A program made the position numbers and the translations under genes. From the NCBI GenBank assembly GCA_950097015.1, contig CATNEN010000024.1:6696001-6760000 (forward strand): 64,000 nucleotides of DNA, in the 5' to 3' direction. This DNA comes from Macrostomum hystrix (lineage: Eukaryota; Animalia; Platyhelminthes). Below are positions 25,209 through 37,157 of the stretch, one piece after another. Below the pieces are notes generated by a model. The model made no database searches, was not told the DNA's origin, and was given only the letters and a program-made list of their open reading frames with translations. The number at the start of each line of letters is the position of its first letter. Positions within the stretch are counted from its first letter, which is position 1.

Positions 25209-25385
25209 TAATAATAATAATTGCAGGAGGGCTGCGGGCAGTGGCACATAATTTAGTGACACTAGACCCACAGCCAGCGAGGAGGCAATTCTGCCCATTT
25301 CGCTGACTCCTGAGCACACATGCACACAGATACTGTACGCAGGCATACTCTCACACAGGTGTGTACATCTGCCCTATCTTTCTTA
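25209..25385 (+). mobile_element. 3' part of a family-B SINE-like repeat directly after the Helitron cluster
   Basis: Colinear similarity to 39481-39606 (TAATAATAA..TTGCAGGA, GTGACA.TAGACCCA, TGAGCACA, CTCACACAGG.G.GTACATCTGC). Confidence 0.55.
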
Positions 25386-26456
25386 TCAAGTTTTTAAGTA
25401 CCAGAAATCATTTTCTTGCTTCCAACACTCCAGTCTTTTTTGCTAACATATTTTCCAACACTTTTTGCTTTTTGTGTAACTAAACAAGTTTAACAAGTGT
25501 TATAACAAAGTTGTCAGTTAGTCAGTTAGTCAGCACCTACATTAACTCCATAATGACAAACCCAGTATAGTATGTTTCTAAAGGCATCATCTTTCCCATG
25601 CATGCAGTGCCACATAATCTCCTGGATGTAGCTCTCAAATAATGTGTTCAATGTCCTAAGGTCAAGGAAGGAAGGAAGTATCATTTATATACCTAAAAAT
25701 GTTGTATTTTAGTGAAAAGTAACTTGACAATCAAATATATATTAAGTACCCTTTTTTGTGCTGTAACTACTGCTAAAGCAAAGTAAAGCTAAATATACAA
25801 TATTGCTATATTGGAAAAGTTTTTTCCCACTCTAAGTTATTTTGACTGTTGTTTATTGGATTTTTATAGTGTGGTCAAAAGTCAAAAGTCAAAATATTTT
25901 AATAGGAAATTAAACTGAGTTTTCAAATAGAGAAATTAGTCAAAATAATCTTAGAAAGCCTTTATTGCTAGTCCACATATTATTCTTTAGTTTGTAAATC
26001 TGTTTTTTATATATAGTGCCTTAAATATTTGAGATCTTGTTGCTTCTTTCAATTAATTTAGCTATAGAATTTTTGTGTGATGATGTTAGATTTTTTCTTA
26101 TATTACAATATTAATGTGTATATAGATCTATTCAAAGTATTGTTAAATAACAGTGTTGGTAATGCCATTGTTGTTATTAAGCATAGACAAAAGCTGTCTC
26201 GGTAATGTAAACTTGACTTGCCTAAACAATCCCTCTGGTGTCAATAATTTAGGATGTTCGAGATATGTATCTGACTAGTATAGCCTGTATAGGATATAGC
26301 ATTTGGTATAATAGCTTGCAATTATTCCTGGTCTAGGCTGCTGGCTAAAATTCTATGCTTAATTTTTTTTCAATTTTTCAATTTTTCATTTCACTAAAAT
26401 AAATTTTCCCACTTTCAGTTGCTGATTCAATCACTATTAAGGCAGCAGCATTAATC

Positions 26457-29400
26457 ATGCTGAAACGACTATCAAGTGCTTTTAAGGCTAACCTGATTGA
26501 TGGCTCCAGTGTTAATAACAGTCAGCAGCAGCAGCCGCGCCGGTCTGCGTCCTCGGGCAGTCCAGAAAATAATAAGCTGCGGCCGCGCTTCGCCTACTGC
26601 CGCCCGGACCTTCTTGGCCTGGCGCTTGACGGCGACGATGTGCGAAGCCTCGCCGCTGATTGCGTCAGCCGTCCTGTGCTGGTGGCCGGCGACCGAATGC
26701 CTCTGCCGGGATTCGCCGGCTATGCAGAGTTAGAAATGGCATATTTTAATGTCCTTGCTTGCATTTGTGTCTTGGTTATTATCAAACTGAAGCTATAGAG
26801 AGGTTGTAGCCTTCTGGTTAGGGCGTCGGACTTACAAATTGAAGGTCGGAGGTTCGATTCCCGAATCCACTGGAACAATTTGTCTCCTTTAGCAAGGCAC
26901 TTAACTCTGCATTGGTTCAGTTCACCCAGCTGTTAAATGGGTATCAGCATTAGCTGGGGTCCTACCGGTCCATGGACTCAAAAGCTGTACACAGTCTTTG
27001 GATGCGCCGCGTAATAGCTGCGGCTGTGCTGTCGGCTGCACATCTGGTCCAATTGTGGCAGGTGTATAATCAACTATAAATTATAAAAGCTATAGAATGA
27101 TGCATTAAAACTAAAAATAGACACCCACTAGCAAGTGTTTAAAGTCGAGCTCCTGGTGTATTTTAATTTAAAACAGGACCATCAACGGCGGCAAGACCCA
27201 GGTGAACGAAGATCAGAGCCAGGCCTGCCAGTTTCTTCTACGCCCCACTGCTCCGAATGGCGATCGGGCTGATGCCTTGCCTGACATTCTCTACGGAGCC
27301 GACTGCGTGTCCACGGCTGAGCAGTACACAGCTGTGAGTCTATCTTCTGTTGAATTGGTTTCGAATTGACCGCTCAGATTGTTAATCTGTCTGAATTGAC
27401 CGCTCAGATTGTTAATCTGTCTGAATTGACCGCTCAGATTGTTAATCTGTCTGAATTGACCGCTCAGATTGTTAATCTGTCTGAATTGACCGCTCAGATT
27501 GTTAATCTGTCTGAATTGACCGCTCAGATTGTTAATCTGTCTGAATTGACCGCTCACGTTATTAATCTTCCTAAATTGACTGTCAGGATTATTAATTTTT
27601 AATGTTTGACTTTCTAAATTGACAGTTTAGATTAGTTATTTTCTGAATTGACTGATCCTCGTTTCCAATTCTATTGGAATCATCCTTAATTAGCTGTCAA
27701 CGGCTTTTTGTCAACCCGCAGCTCCTTAGGGCCTCGCCAAACTGCATGCTGGCCACTTACTTCGCCATGTTCGATGGGCACGCTGGCGACGGAGCGGCAA
27801 CCTATGCTAGGCAGCTGTTGCAGCTGCATGTCAGGGTTAGTCAGATTCAGTTTTGGCCAATCAATTTTTTGACAGCTGTAATTCGCTGATTATGAATATG
27901 TAATTTTGCTTTTAGGAGAAGCTAATGCAAGTCTACCCTTTGCTAACAATGCCTGGGGCCAAGAATACAAATGAGCATAGTGAGGCAGCAACAGCCTCAT
28001 CATCATTGTCAGAACCTGCGGCAGTGTTTCAGCAGCCTGGCAGTTTGAATGTCAGTTTCGATGAGTTAGTCATTGGAGCACTGGAGTCTGCTTTCATTGG
28101 TCTGGTGAGTTTTCTAATCGTCTGGACCCTCCGATCGATACCCACTAAACCCTCCGATCGATACCCACTAAACCCTCCGATCGACACCCACTAAACCCTC
28201 CGATCGATACCCACTAAACCCTCCGATCGCTAGCCACTAAACCCTCCGATCGCTAGCCACTAAACCCTCCGATCGCTAGCCACTAAACCCTCCGATCGCT
28301 AACCACTTAACCCTCCGATCGATACCCACTAAACCCTCCGATCGATACCCACTAAACCCTCCGATCGACACCCACTAAACCCTCCGATCGATACCCACTA
28401 AACCCTCCGATCGCTAGCCACTAAACCCTCCGATCGCTAGCCACTAAACCCTCCGATCGCTAGCCACTAAACCCTCCGATCGCTAACCACTTAACCCTCC
28501 GATCGATACCCACTAAACCCTCCGATCGATACCCACTAAACCCTCCGATCGATACCCACTAAACCCTCCGATCGCTAGCCACTAAACCCTCCGATCGCTA
28601 GCCACTAAACCCTCCGATCGCTAACCACTTAACCCTCCGATCAATACCCACTAAACCCTCCGATCAATACCCACTAAACCCTCCGATCGATACCCACTAA
28701 ACCCTCCGATCGATACCCACTAAACCCTCCGATCGATACCCACTAAACCCTCCGATCGCTAGCCACTAAACCCTCCGATCGATACCCACTAAACCCTCCG
28801 ATCGATACCCACTAAACCCTCCGATCGCTAACCACTAAACCCTCCGATCGATACCCACTAAACCCTCCGATCGATACCCACTAAACCCTCCGATCGCTAG
28901 CCACTAAACCCTCCGATCGCTAACCACTAAACCCTCCGATCGCTAACCACTAAACCCTCCGATCAATACCCACTAAACCCTCCGATCGCTAGCCACTATA
29001 CCCTCCGATCGTTACTCTCTAAACAGTCTTATTAACAATCTCGTTCCTTATGATCGATACCTTGAATGTTGCTATATATGCCCATAAACCCAGTTTTAAC
29101 TACCCCAGCTGCACCCTAGTACTATATACGCCATAAAAATAGTCACCGGCAGATTAAAACCATCTGAAACCTCTGTGCAGGACGATCAAATCTGTCGCGA
29201 GAGAAGCACCTACCGCATTACGGGCGGCTGCACAGCGCTTGTGCTACTGTTTCTTACTGATAGACTCTACATTGCTAATGCCGGCGACACTCGGTGAGCT
29301 ATCAAATCACCGTATGGTCCTCCCAATCATCTTAACTGAAGCCCCTCTATCACCCTCCAAAACCTCTCTCTCCCCTTTCACACCTCTTCTTCCCCCTCGA

Positions 29401-32400
29401 ATACCTCTTTTTTCCCCTTCCAGACCTCTTCTTCCCCCCTCGAACACCTCTTCTTTAACCTTCGAGACCTCTTCTTCCCCCTCGAACACCTCTTCTTTCC
29501 CCTTCCAGACCTCTTCTTCCCCCTCGATCACCTCTACTTCTCCCTTCCACACCTCTCTTCTTCCTCATTCCCTCACTCTTCTCCCCGCCCCTTCCCCTCT
29601 CCTTCCCGGGTTGTATCGCTCTTCTATCTCCTAATGCACTAATATAAAATCGCATGGCTTCTCCCGCTCATCATTCAGTGCGGTTCTCTGCCGTCGCAGC
29701 GGCCAAGCGGAGCCCCTGTCCACCGACCTGACTCCTTTCAACGACAGAGAGCGCCTGCAGATGATTGCGGCACACCACTCGGAGCTGCTGCATCGCGAAT
29801 TCTGCCCGCTGCAGTTCGCCCGCCGGCTGGGCAAGAAGGATCTAGGCGAGAAGGCGCTGTGCCGCCATGGCCGCATGCAGGGCTGGTGAGTGGCAGTCGC
29901 TGGCAATATGCTCAAGCACAATTATACCATTTTGTACAATCGCTTGTATTAATGCTGTGAGGTAGATTGTTTCATTTAATCTCCGTGTAGAAACGCTAAT
30001 TTCCTTTATAAACTATAAACTCCCAAGGTTTCACTAGAAATTTCAGCTATTTCCAAATTGAAAATCCGAGGATTTCCCTCTACAAATTTCAGGGATTTCC
30101 CTCAAGAAATTACGAATATTTCCCTCTAAACATTCTCGGGATTTTGCTCTAGAAATTTCAGGGATTTCCCTCTAGTACTCGTAATTCCGAGGATTTTGCT
30201 CTAGAAATTCCGAGGATTTTGCTCTAGAAATTCCGAGGATTTCCCACTAGAAATTCCGGGGATTTCCTACTAGAAATTCCGGGGATTTCCTACTAGAAAT
30301 TCCGGGGATTTCCTACTAGAAATTCTGGGTATTTCCCTTTAGAATTATCGGGGATTTCCCTCTAGAAATTCTGGGGACTTCCCTCTAGTAATTGCTCTAG
30401 AAATTTCGAGGATTTTCCTCTGGAAACTCCGAGAATTTCCCTCTAGAAATTCCGGAAATTTCCCTCTAGTAATTTCAGGGATTTCCCTCTAGTAATTTCA
30501 GGGATTTCCCTCTAGCAATTCCGATGATTTTCCTCTAGAAATTTCGACGATTTTCCTCTAGAAATTCCTAGGATTTTCCTCTAGAAATTCCGAGGATTTC
30601 CCTCTAGAAATTCCGAGGATTTTACTCTAGAAATTCTGGGGATTTCCCTCTAGAAATTCCGAGGATTTCCCACTAGAAATTCCAATAATTTCCCTCTAGT
30701 AATACAGACGATTTTACTCTAGAAATTTCGAGGATTTTTCTCTAGAAATTCTGGGGATTTCCCTCTATAAATTCCGAGGATTTTACTCTAGAAATTCCGA
30801 GGATTTCCCACTAGAAATTCCAAGAATTTCCCACTAGAAATTCCGGGGATTTCCTACTAGAAATTCTGGGTACTTCCCTCTAGAAATTCCAAAAATTTTC
30901 CTACTAAAACTTCGGGGATTTTTTAGTAAAATTCCGGATATTTCCCAATATTCTAGGGATTTACAATTTGTTCCATCGATTTCAAAGTAGAAAATCTGGG
31001 GATTCAACTACTTCAGTGCCGAAATCGCCTATTATTGATTTCTTAAGACTCGCTTAATAAGACGTCAGTAGTCTCATCTTTGCTATTTTCTCTCTAATAA
31101 AGGTTATGGCATTTTTTAAAATTCTTATTGTGGAATGAATTGATTGTGACACATTTATCTCCAGGTTTTACAAAACCGTCACCGATGACGATCTGCTCTT
31201 TCCTTTAATAGTCGGCGACGAGAAGAAGGTAAGGCAGTGTTAACTGTTAAACTATTTCGGTCAGTTGTTGTCAAAGCATAGTGAATGTCGCGTTCCCGCA
31301 GTCTCGCCTACTTGCCACTATCGGCGTGGCCAGAGGCTTCGGCGATCACGACCTGCGAGTGTTCGATTCCAAAATCCAAGTCAAGCCCTTTCTCAGCTGC
31401 GTGCCCCAGGTGAGGGTGCTGAGCACTGGCGACTATCTCAGTTTAAATCACGGCTCAGCTAGCGAGGACGGCTGCGAAGATGTCGTTGTCATGGCAACAG
31501 ACGGCCTGTGGGACGTGCTCAGCAGCGAGTCCGTAGCTCGAACTGTGCAGACCTGTCTGCGCCAGGCGAGAGGTGGCGCGGCTGCTGCCAACTGGTACGA
31601 TCCCTTTGAGAGGGAGAAGAAGAGACTGGGAGAGAGGGAAAGGGACTGGAAGAGAGGGAAAGGGACTGGGAGAGAGGGAAAGATACTGGGAGAGAGGGAA
31701 AGGGACTGGGAGAGAGGGAAAGAGACTGGGAGAGAGGGAAAGAGACTGGGAGAGAGGGAAAGATACTGGGAGAGAGGGAAAGAGACTGGGAGAGAGGGAA
31801 AGATACTGGGAGAGAGGGAAAGGGACTGGGAGAGATGGAAAGATACTGGGAGAGAGGGAAAGGGACTGGGAGAGAGGGAAAGATACTGGGAGAGAGGGAA
31901 AGATACTGGGAGAGAGGGAAAGGGACTGGGAGAGAGGGAAAGAGACTGGGAGAGAGGGAAAGATACTGGGAGAGAGGGAAAGGGACTGGGAGAGATGGAA
32001 AGATACTGGGAGAGAGGGAAAGGGACTGGGAGAGAGGGAAAGAGACTGGGAGAGAGGGAAAGATACTGGGAGAGAGGGAAAGGGACTGGGAGAGATGGAA
32101 AGATACTGGGAGAGAGGGAAAGGGACTGGGAGAGAGGGAAAGATACTGGGAGAGAGGGAAAGGGACTGGGAGAGAGGGAAAGGGACTGGGAGAGAGGGAA
32201 AGGGACTGGGAGAGAGGGAAAGGGACTGGGAGAGAGGGAAAAGGACTGACGACACATGTGGTTAGTAGGGTAGGGAGAACATATCTGGAAGGTTGTGAGG
32301 ACATATAATATCAGTTTATTGTGTATTTTCTTTGAAAGTATTGCCTTCTCATTTGTATTCTGAGAAGTGAGTACAGTATTTGAAAGTCACAACCGTTTTC

Positions 32401-32700
32401 TGTCTGTGCAGTTTGACAATCGTAGCTCAGGAGCTTGTCGGAGCAGCGCGCGGCGCCTGGCAGAAACCGGAGCGACCTGCAGGAGCTAGCGGCGGTGGCG
32501 GCGGCGGTGGAAGCTGGCGACTTCCCGATGGCAGTCAGGCCTCTGTAGACGATATCTCCTGCTTTGTCGTACCCCTGGCCCTGCACAATCGCTTGGTATC
32601 GTCGGCGACCAATTCGGTTGTTAAAGATCCGATTCAGCTGGATACTAGCGTGCCGGATAGCCAGTTCGAACTATCTGCAGCTCAGCAGTCCTCATTGTGA
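26457..32700 (+). CDS. PPM1H: PP2C-family phosphatase PPM1H/PPM1J-like, 565 aa; exons 26457..26728, 27177..27333, 27722..27835, 27916..28104, 29181..29293, 29679..29885, 31165..31228, 31302..31594, 32412..32700
   Basis: GYAE|TINGGKTQVNEDQ, MFDGHAG, VIGALESAF, GGCTAL, IANAGDTR, FARRLGKKDLG, LATIGVARGFGDHDL, VMATDGLWDVLS and DDISCFVVPL are all colinear with PPM1H. Every intron is GT-AG and phases are consistent (1698 nt). Confidence 0.93.
26800..27086 (+). mobile_element. tRNA-derived SINE (family A) in PPM1H intron 1
   Basis: A and B boxes, the same core and tail as 4924..5202, and a 10-bp TSD AAGCTATAGA (26790-26799 / 27087-27096). Confidence 0.9.
27362..27600. repeat. 30-bp minisatellite (AATTGACCGCTCAGATTGTTAATCTGTCTG)n, PPM1H intron 2
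   Basis: About 6 perfect copies plus decayed copies; the unit contains the hairpin CAGATT-GTT-AATCTG. Confidence 0.95.
28126..29012. repeat. 23-bp minisatellite (CCTCCGATCGATACCCACTAAAC)n, PPM1H intron 4
   Basis: About 38 copies, beginning about 22 nt after the donor. Confidence 0.95.
29340..29630. repeat. Pyrimidine-rich degenerate repeat, PPM1H intron 5
   Basis: ACCTCTTCTTCCCCCTCGA-like units. Confidence 0.75.
30040..30960. repeat. Degenerate 23-bp minisatellite (TCTAGAAATTCCGAGGATTTCCC)n, PPM1H intron 6
   Basis: Direct inspection. Confidence 0.9.
31610..32250. repeat. 20-bp purine-rich minisatellite (AGGGACTGGGAGAGAGGGAA)n, PPM1H intron 8
   Basis: About 31 copies. It generates several spurious long ORFs on both strands. 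Confidence 0.95.
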
Positions 32701-32729
32701 TTGTAGTCATATCCAGATGGAGACTCAGC

Positions 32730-34115
32730 GTGCTCAACTGCTAATCCAGAGAGTGACAGTTCCCAACTGCTAATCCAGAGAGGGTGACAATGTCCAACTG
32801 CTAATCCAGAGGATGACAATTCACAACTGCTAATCCAGAGGGAGACAATTCTCAACTGCTAATCCAGAGGATGACAATTCCCAACTGCTAATCCAGAGAG
32901 GATGACAATTCCCAACTGCTAATCCAGAGGGTGACAATTCCCAACTGCTAATCCAGAGAGGATGAAAATTCCCAACTGCTAATCCAGAGAGGATGAAAAT
33001 TCCCAACTGCTAATCCAGAGAGGATGAAAATTCCCAACTGCTAATCCAGAGAGGATGAAAATTCCCAACTGCTAATCCAGAGAGGGTGACAATTCCCAAC
33101 TGCTAATCCAGAGAGGATGACAATTCCCAACTGCTAATCCAGAGGGTGACAATTCCCAACTGCTAATCCAGAGAGGATGAAAATTCCCAACTGCTAATCC
33201 AGAGAGGATGAAAATTCCCAACTGCTAATCCAGAGAGGATGAAAATTCCCAACTGCTAATCCAGAGAGGATGAAAATTCCCAACTGCTAATCCAGAGAGG
33301 CTGACAATTCCCAACTGCTAATCCAGAGAGGATGAAAATTCCCAACTGCTAATCCAGAGAGGATGACAATTCCCAACTGCTAATCCAGAGAGGATGACAA
33401 TTCCCAACTGCTAATCCAGAGAGGATGACAATTCCCAACTGCTAATTCAGAGAGGATGACAATTCCCAACTGCTAATCCAGAGAGGATGAAAATTCCCAA
33501 CTGCTAATCCAGAGAGGATGACAATTCCCAACTGCTAATCCAGAGGGTGACAATTCCCAACTGCTAATCCAGAGGGTGACAATTCCCAACTGCTAATCCA
33601 GAGGATGAAAATTCCCAACTGCTAATCCAGAGAGGATGAAAATTCCCAACTGCTAATCCAGAGAGGATGACAATTCCCAACTGCTAATCCAGAGGGTGAC
33701 AATTCCCAACTGCTAATCCAGAGGGTGACAATTCCCAACTGCTAATCCAGAGGGTGACAATTCCCAACTGCTAATCCAGAGGGTGACAATTCCCAACTGC
33801 TAATCCAGAGGGTGACAATTCCCAACTGCTAATCCAGAGAGGATGAAAATTCCCAACTGCTAATCCAGAGAGGATGAAAATTCCCAACTGCTAATCTAGA
33901 GAGGATGACAATTCCCAACTGCTAATCCAGAGAGGATGAAAATTCCCAACTGCTAATCCAGAGAGGATGACAATTCCCAACTGCTAATCCAGAGAGGATG
34001 AAAATTCCCAACTGCTAATCCAGAGAGGATGACAATTCCCAACTGCTAATCCAGAGAGGATGACAATTCCCAACTGCTAATCCAGAGAGGATGACAATTC
34101 CCAACTGCTAATCCA
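32730..34115. repeat. 29-31-bp minisatellite (CAATTCCCAACTGCTAATCCAGAGAGGATGA)n just after the PPM1H stop
   Basis: About 45 copies. Confidence 0.95.
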
Positions 34116-34863
34116 GTTGGTATTAAGTTTGTTTCTCGTGTTGCTATGTTTGTTTACCCCAGTTAATTATATCGATATTGGTTCATTTGGTTTGCGAATG
34201 TATGGTGATTTCCGTTGCACACAGCACGCAAATTCATTCCCGCTCTAAGCAGACAAGGTCAGGACAATGTGACCGAGCTTCCCTAACCATCCGTGATCTT
34301 ACTGTGCCGTCTGTTTTTTTGCTGCTTTTTCCAAGTCGCACCATATCGCGCAATCGGTATTTGCTACTCAAGTTGGTTGGCATTCTTATTGCGCACTAAT
34401 TATTCCTCTGTTTATCGTCAGTTTTTTTAATTGGCCAACTTTTGCTGCTGCCAAATCACCTCAAAACATTAAGATTAAACAAAAGACCCTACGTTTAAGA
34501 ATTTATATTAAAAAGTATACAGATTTTATCAATGTTTTTTAGCTTTAACTGCTTGCAAAAAAGTGCATACCCACCAACGTTAAGTTACTTATTTTAAATG
34601 CGTTTTATTGCATTATTTCACTAATCTGTGATGCAATAATGCTTGTTTATTTGCTTGTTTTCGCACAATGCGACTAACTTCTGTTTGTGTTTCTTGTTGA
34701 ACAACTTCGCACTCTAAATAAAAGCGTGTTTCCGTGGTTCTCCTGTGATTATGCTTGCTTTTGTTACTTTTTAGTATTTCAAATGCGTTTTTGTCTGCTA
34801 TATATTTTAAAGAGAAGCACACTGGTTAATTAGAGCGTTCACACAAGGGGATTCAGTGGAATG

Positions 34864-35385
34864 AGGTGGGTGTCAGGATAATGAGGAGGGCGTCAGGGAG
34901 TGAGGTAGGCGTGAGAATAGTAGACTTCAGTGACGTGAGGTGGGTATCAGAGGAGTGGGGTGGTTATCAGAGTAGTGAGGTGGGCATTAAAGTAGTGGAG
35001 TGGGCATCAAAGGAGTGGAGTGGGCATCAAAGGAGTGAGGTGGGTATCAAAGTAGTGGAGTGGGCATCAAAGGAGTGGAGTGGGCATCAAAGGAGTGGAG
35101 TGGGCATCAAAGGAGTGAGGTGGGTATCAGAGGAGTGAGGTGGATATCAGAGGAGTGAGGTGGGTATCAGAGGAGTGAGGTGGGTATCAGAGAAGAGAGG
35201 TGGGTATCAAAGGAGTGGAGTGGGTATCAAAGGAGTGAGGTGGGTATCAGAGGAGTGAGGTGGGTATCAGAGGAGTGAGGTGGGTATCAGAGAAGTGAGG
35301 TGGGTATCAGAGGAGTGAGGTGGGCATCAAAGGAGTGGAGTCGGTATCAAAGGAGTGAGGTGGGTATCAGAGTAGTGAGGTTGGC
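34864..35385. repeat. 20-bp minisatellite (GAGGTGGGTATCAGAGGAGT)n upstream of EMC6
   Basis: Direct inspection. Confidence 0.9.
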
Positions 35386-35450
35386 GTCAAATGTTTGGTT
35401 AGGTATCGAGCGTTGCAAAGTCCAGTTTTAACCCACCCACCCTTACAGCC

Positions 35451-35879
35451 ATGGACCCGTCAGGAACCTACTCGCCGCCAGTCGCTGAAGCAGCCAGGCG
35501 GTCCGGCCACCAGCAGCAGGGCGGCCCATCGCAGGCAGGCGGTGCCTCAGCCGCCTCCCAAAATCTGGCCGGCGCCGGCGGAGCGCTAAACGGCGCGGCC
35601 CTGCAGCACAACGCATTCCTGCTGACCTACTGTCGCACTGCCCTGGCTGCTGTGTCCGGCTGTACGGCTGGCATTCTCGGCCTGACCGCACTGCTAGGCT
35701 TTGCTTTTTACATCCTAGCTAGCGGCTACCTGTCCTGCCTGCTGCTGGCCAAGACTGGCCGATCCAGGTGGCGCTACTTCCCGTCCGCCTGGGCGCTGGC
35801 CTCCTCCGGAGTGATGGGCGAGCTAATCACCTACATCACGTTTTGGACTTTTCTATACGGCATGGTGCACGTGTACTGA
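35451..35879 (+). CDS. EMC6: ER membrane protein complex subunit 6, single coding exon, 142 aa
   Basis: [20 protein letters not shown]...[12 protein letters not shown] matches the EMC6/TMEM93 family, including the invariant C-terminus. ATTAAA at 36002-36007. Confidence 0.95.
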   Translation: MDPSGTYSPPVAEAARRSGHQQQGGPSQAGGASAASQNLAGAGGALNGAALQHNAFLLTYCRTALAAVSGCTAGILGLTALLGFAFYILASGYLSCLLLAKTGRSRWRYFPSAWALASSGVMGELITYITFWTFLYGMVHVY

Positions 35880-36214
35880 ACTGGGACGCTTAGTCTGTGT
35901 GGAGGTGGGGCACTACTGTACAATGGGCCGATTCATTTGATTCTTATAGCTGCGTTGCACTCTTGGGGTTTAGTTATTGTTTTTGTGTAGTCATCTTTTA
36001 AATTAAAAGTTTTTTGCATGTTCCTCTTAGAAAAAATTTAACAATAAAAACAGTAATAATTATTTGTTTTAGCTGTGTTGGATTTTGGTAATAATGTGTT
36101 TCATAATCCCTTCTTGGTACCATGCACTAATGCACGCCTTGTACGTATGTTTCTTCATTCATTTCTGCGCATTCTTATCGCTAGTCGGTCAAAAATCGTT
36201 TGAACACTGAATGT

Positions 36215-36330
36215 TTCTAATTGGCTGGTGCAGATTTATTGTAGCCAAACCCTCCGACCAATGGGCGATTCGCAAGGGGTTAGAGAGATTTCAGTTTTCT
36301 GCCTAGCCCTTCCTGCTTGTTGATTGGCTG
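36215..36330. promoter_or_regulatory. Cluster of CCAAT/ATTGG boxes (possible NF-Y promoter of the downstream orphan gene)
   Basis: ATTGG at about 36219, CCAAT at about 36258 and ATTGG at about 36323, in a CpG-retaining region. Motif evidence only. Confidence 0.3.
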
Positions 36331-37157
36331 CGCAAATAGCCGAAGCTAGTTAAAAAATATATATTTGTCTAACCTCGCAAATTGCTGTCATTTCTTTCTA
36401 AATAGTTAGAGAGAAAATAATGAATTACAACCCAATCTTGTCATATTTGTGTTGGTGTTCGTCGTGTTTTTCATAGCTCATTGTTACCGGTATTTCTTAT
36501 TGAATTTAAAGTAAAATCAAACAACTGCAAAGCTTTGATAGTCGTTTGCATTCTATTCTGTTGAACATTGAACAACTGCAGTAAGAAATTGTGAATAGCA
36601 CTTGTTTGCAATTAATTTATTGGTTAAAAATGATAGTTTTTGCACTTTTAATTTGACATTTTTTGCCCCATCTGGGCTTGGAATGCGTTACTACAGTTGA
36701 TGAAAATCGCTTGACAAAGCATATTATATAGCATGATTATTAAGTTTATTGCACAGAATACTGAAGGCCTGGTTAACGCGATCGAACAAAAGCCAAGGCA
36801 TCGAAATTTTCTGCGTGGGAAAATTCCTCCCTATGTAGAAAGAAAATAACCGTAACCTCACCCTGGCCTGTATCTCCTCCCCTCTTCCCAACCCCAGATC
36901 CAATCCTGCCACACAGATGCGTATAGAAATGCATCACCGGGTGAGGCATTTTCGATACAGGAACAGTTCTAGAACTCGCTCCCGCTGGCCAATGAGGGCT
37001 GAATTAGATTCGTTTGTCCAGGTAGGTATAGGTAGGTGTACGCACACCAATACCTGTCCCATATAACTGCGGCCTGAAGTCAGTTCCTTGTGGACACATG
37101 ACAAGGCTCTTGTTCGAATAGTATCTATACAGTTGACGCAGATTCGACTAGTTTATC

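Noticed and set aside
31448-32308. Several 150-320-aa ORFs on both strands (ERERDWERGK / SLSPSPFP repeats)
   Set aside because: They are translations of the 20-bp intronic minisatellite. PPM1H splices out at 31594 and resumes at 32412.
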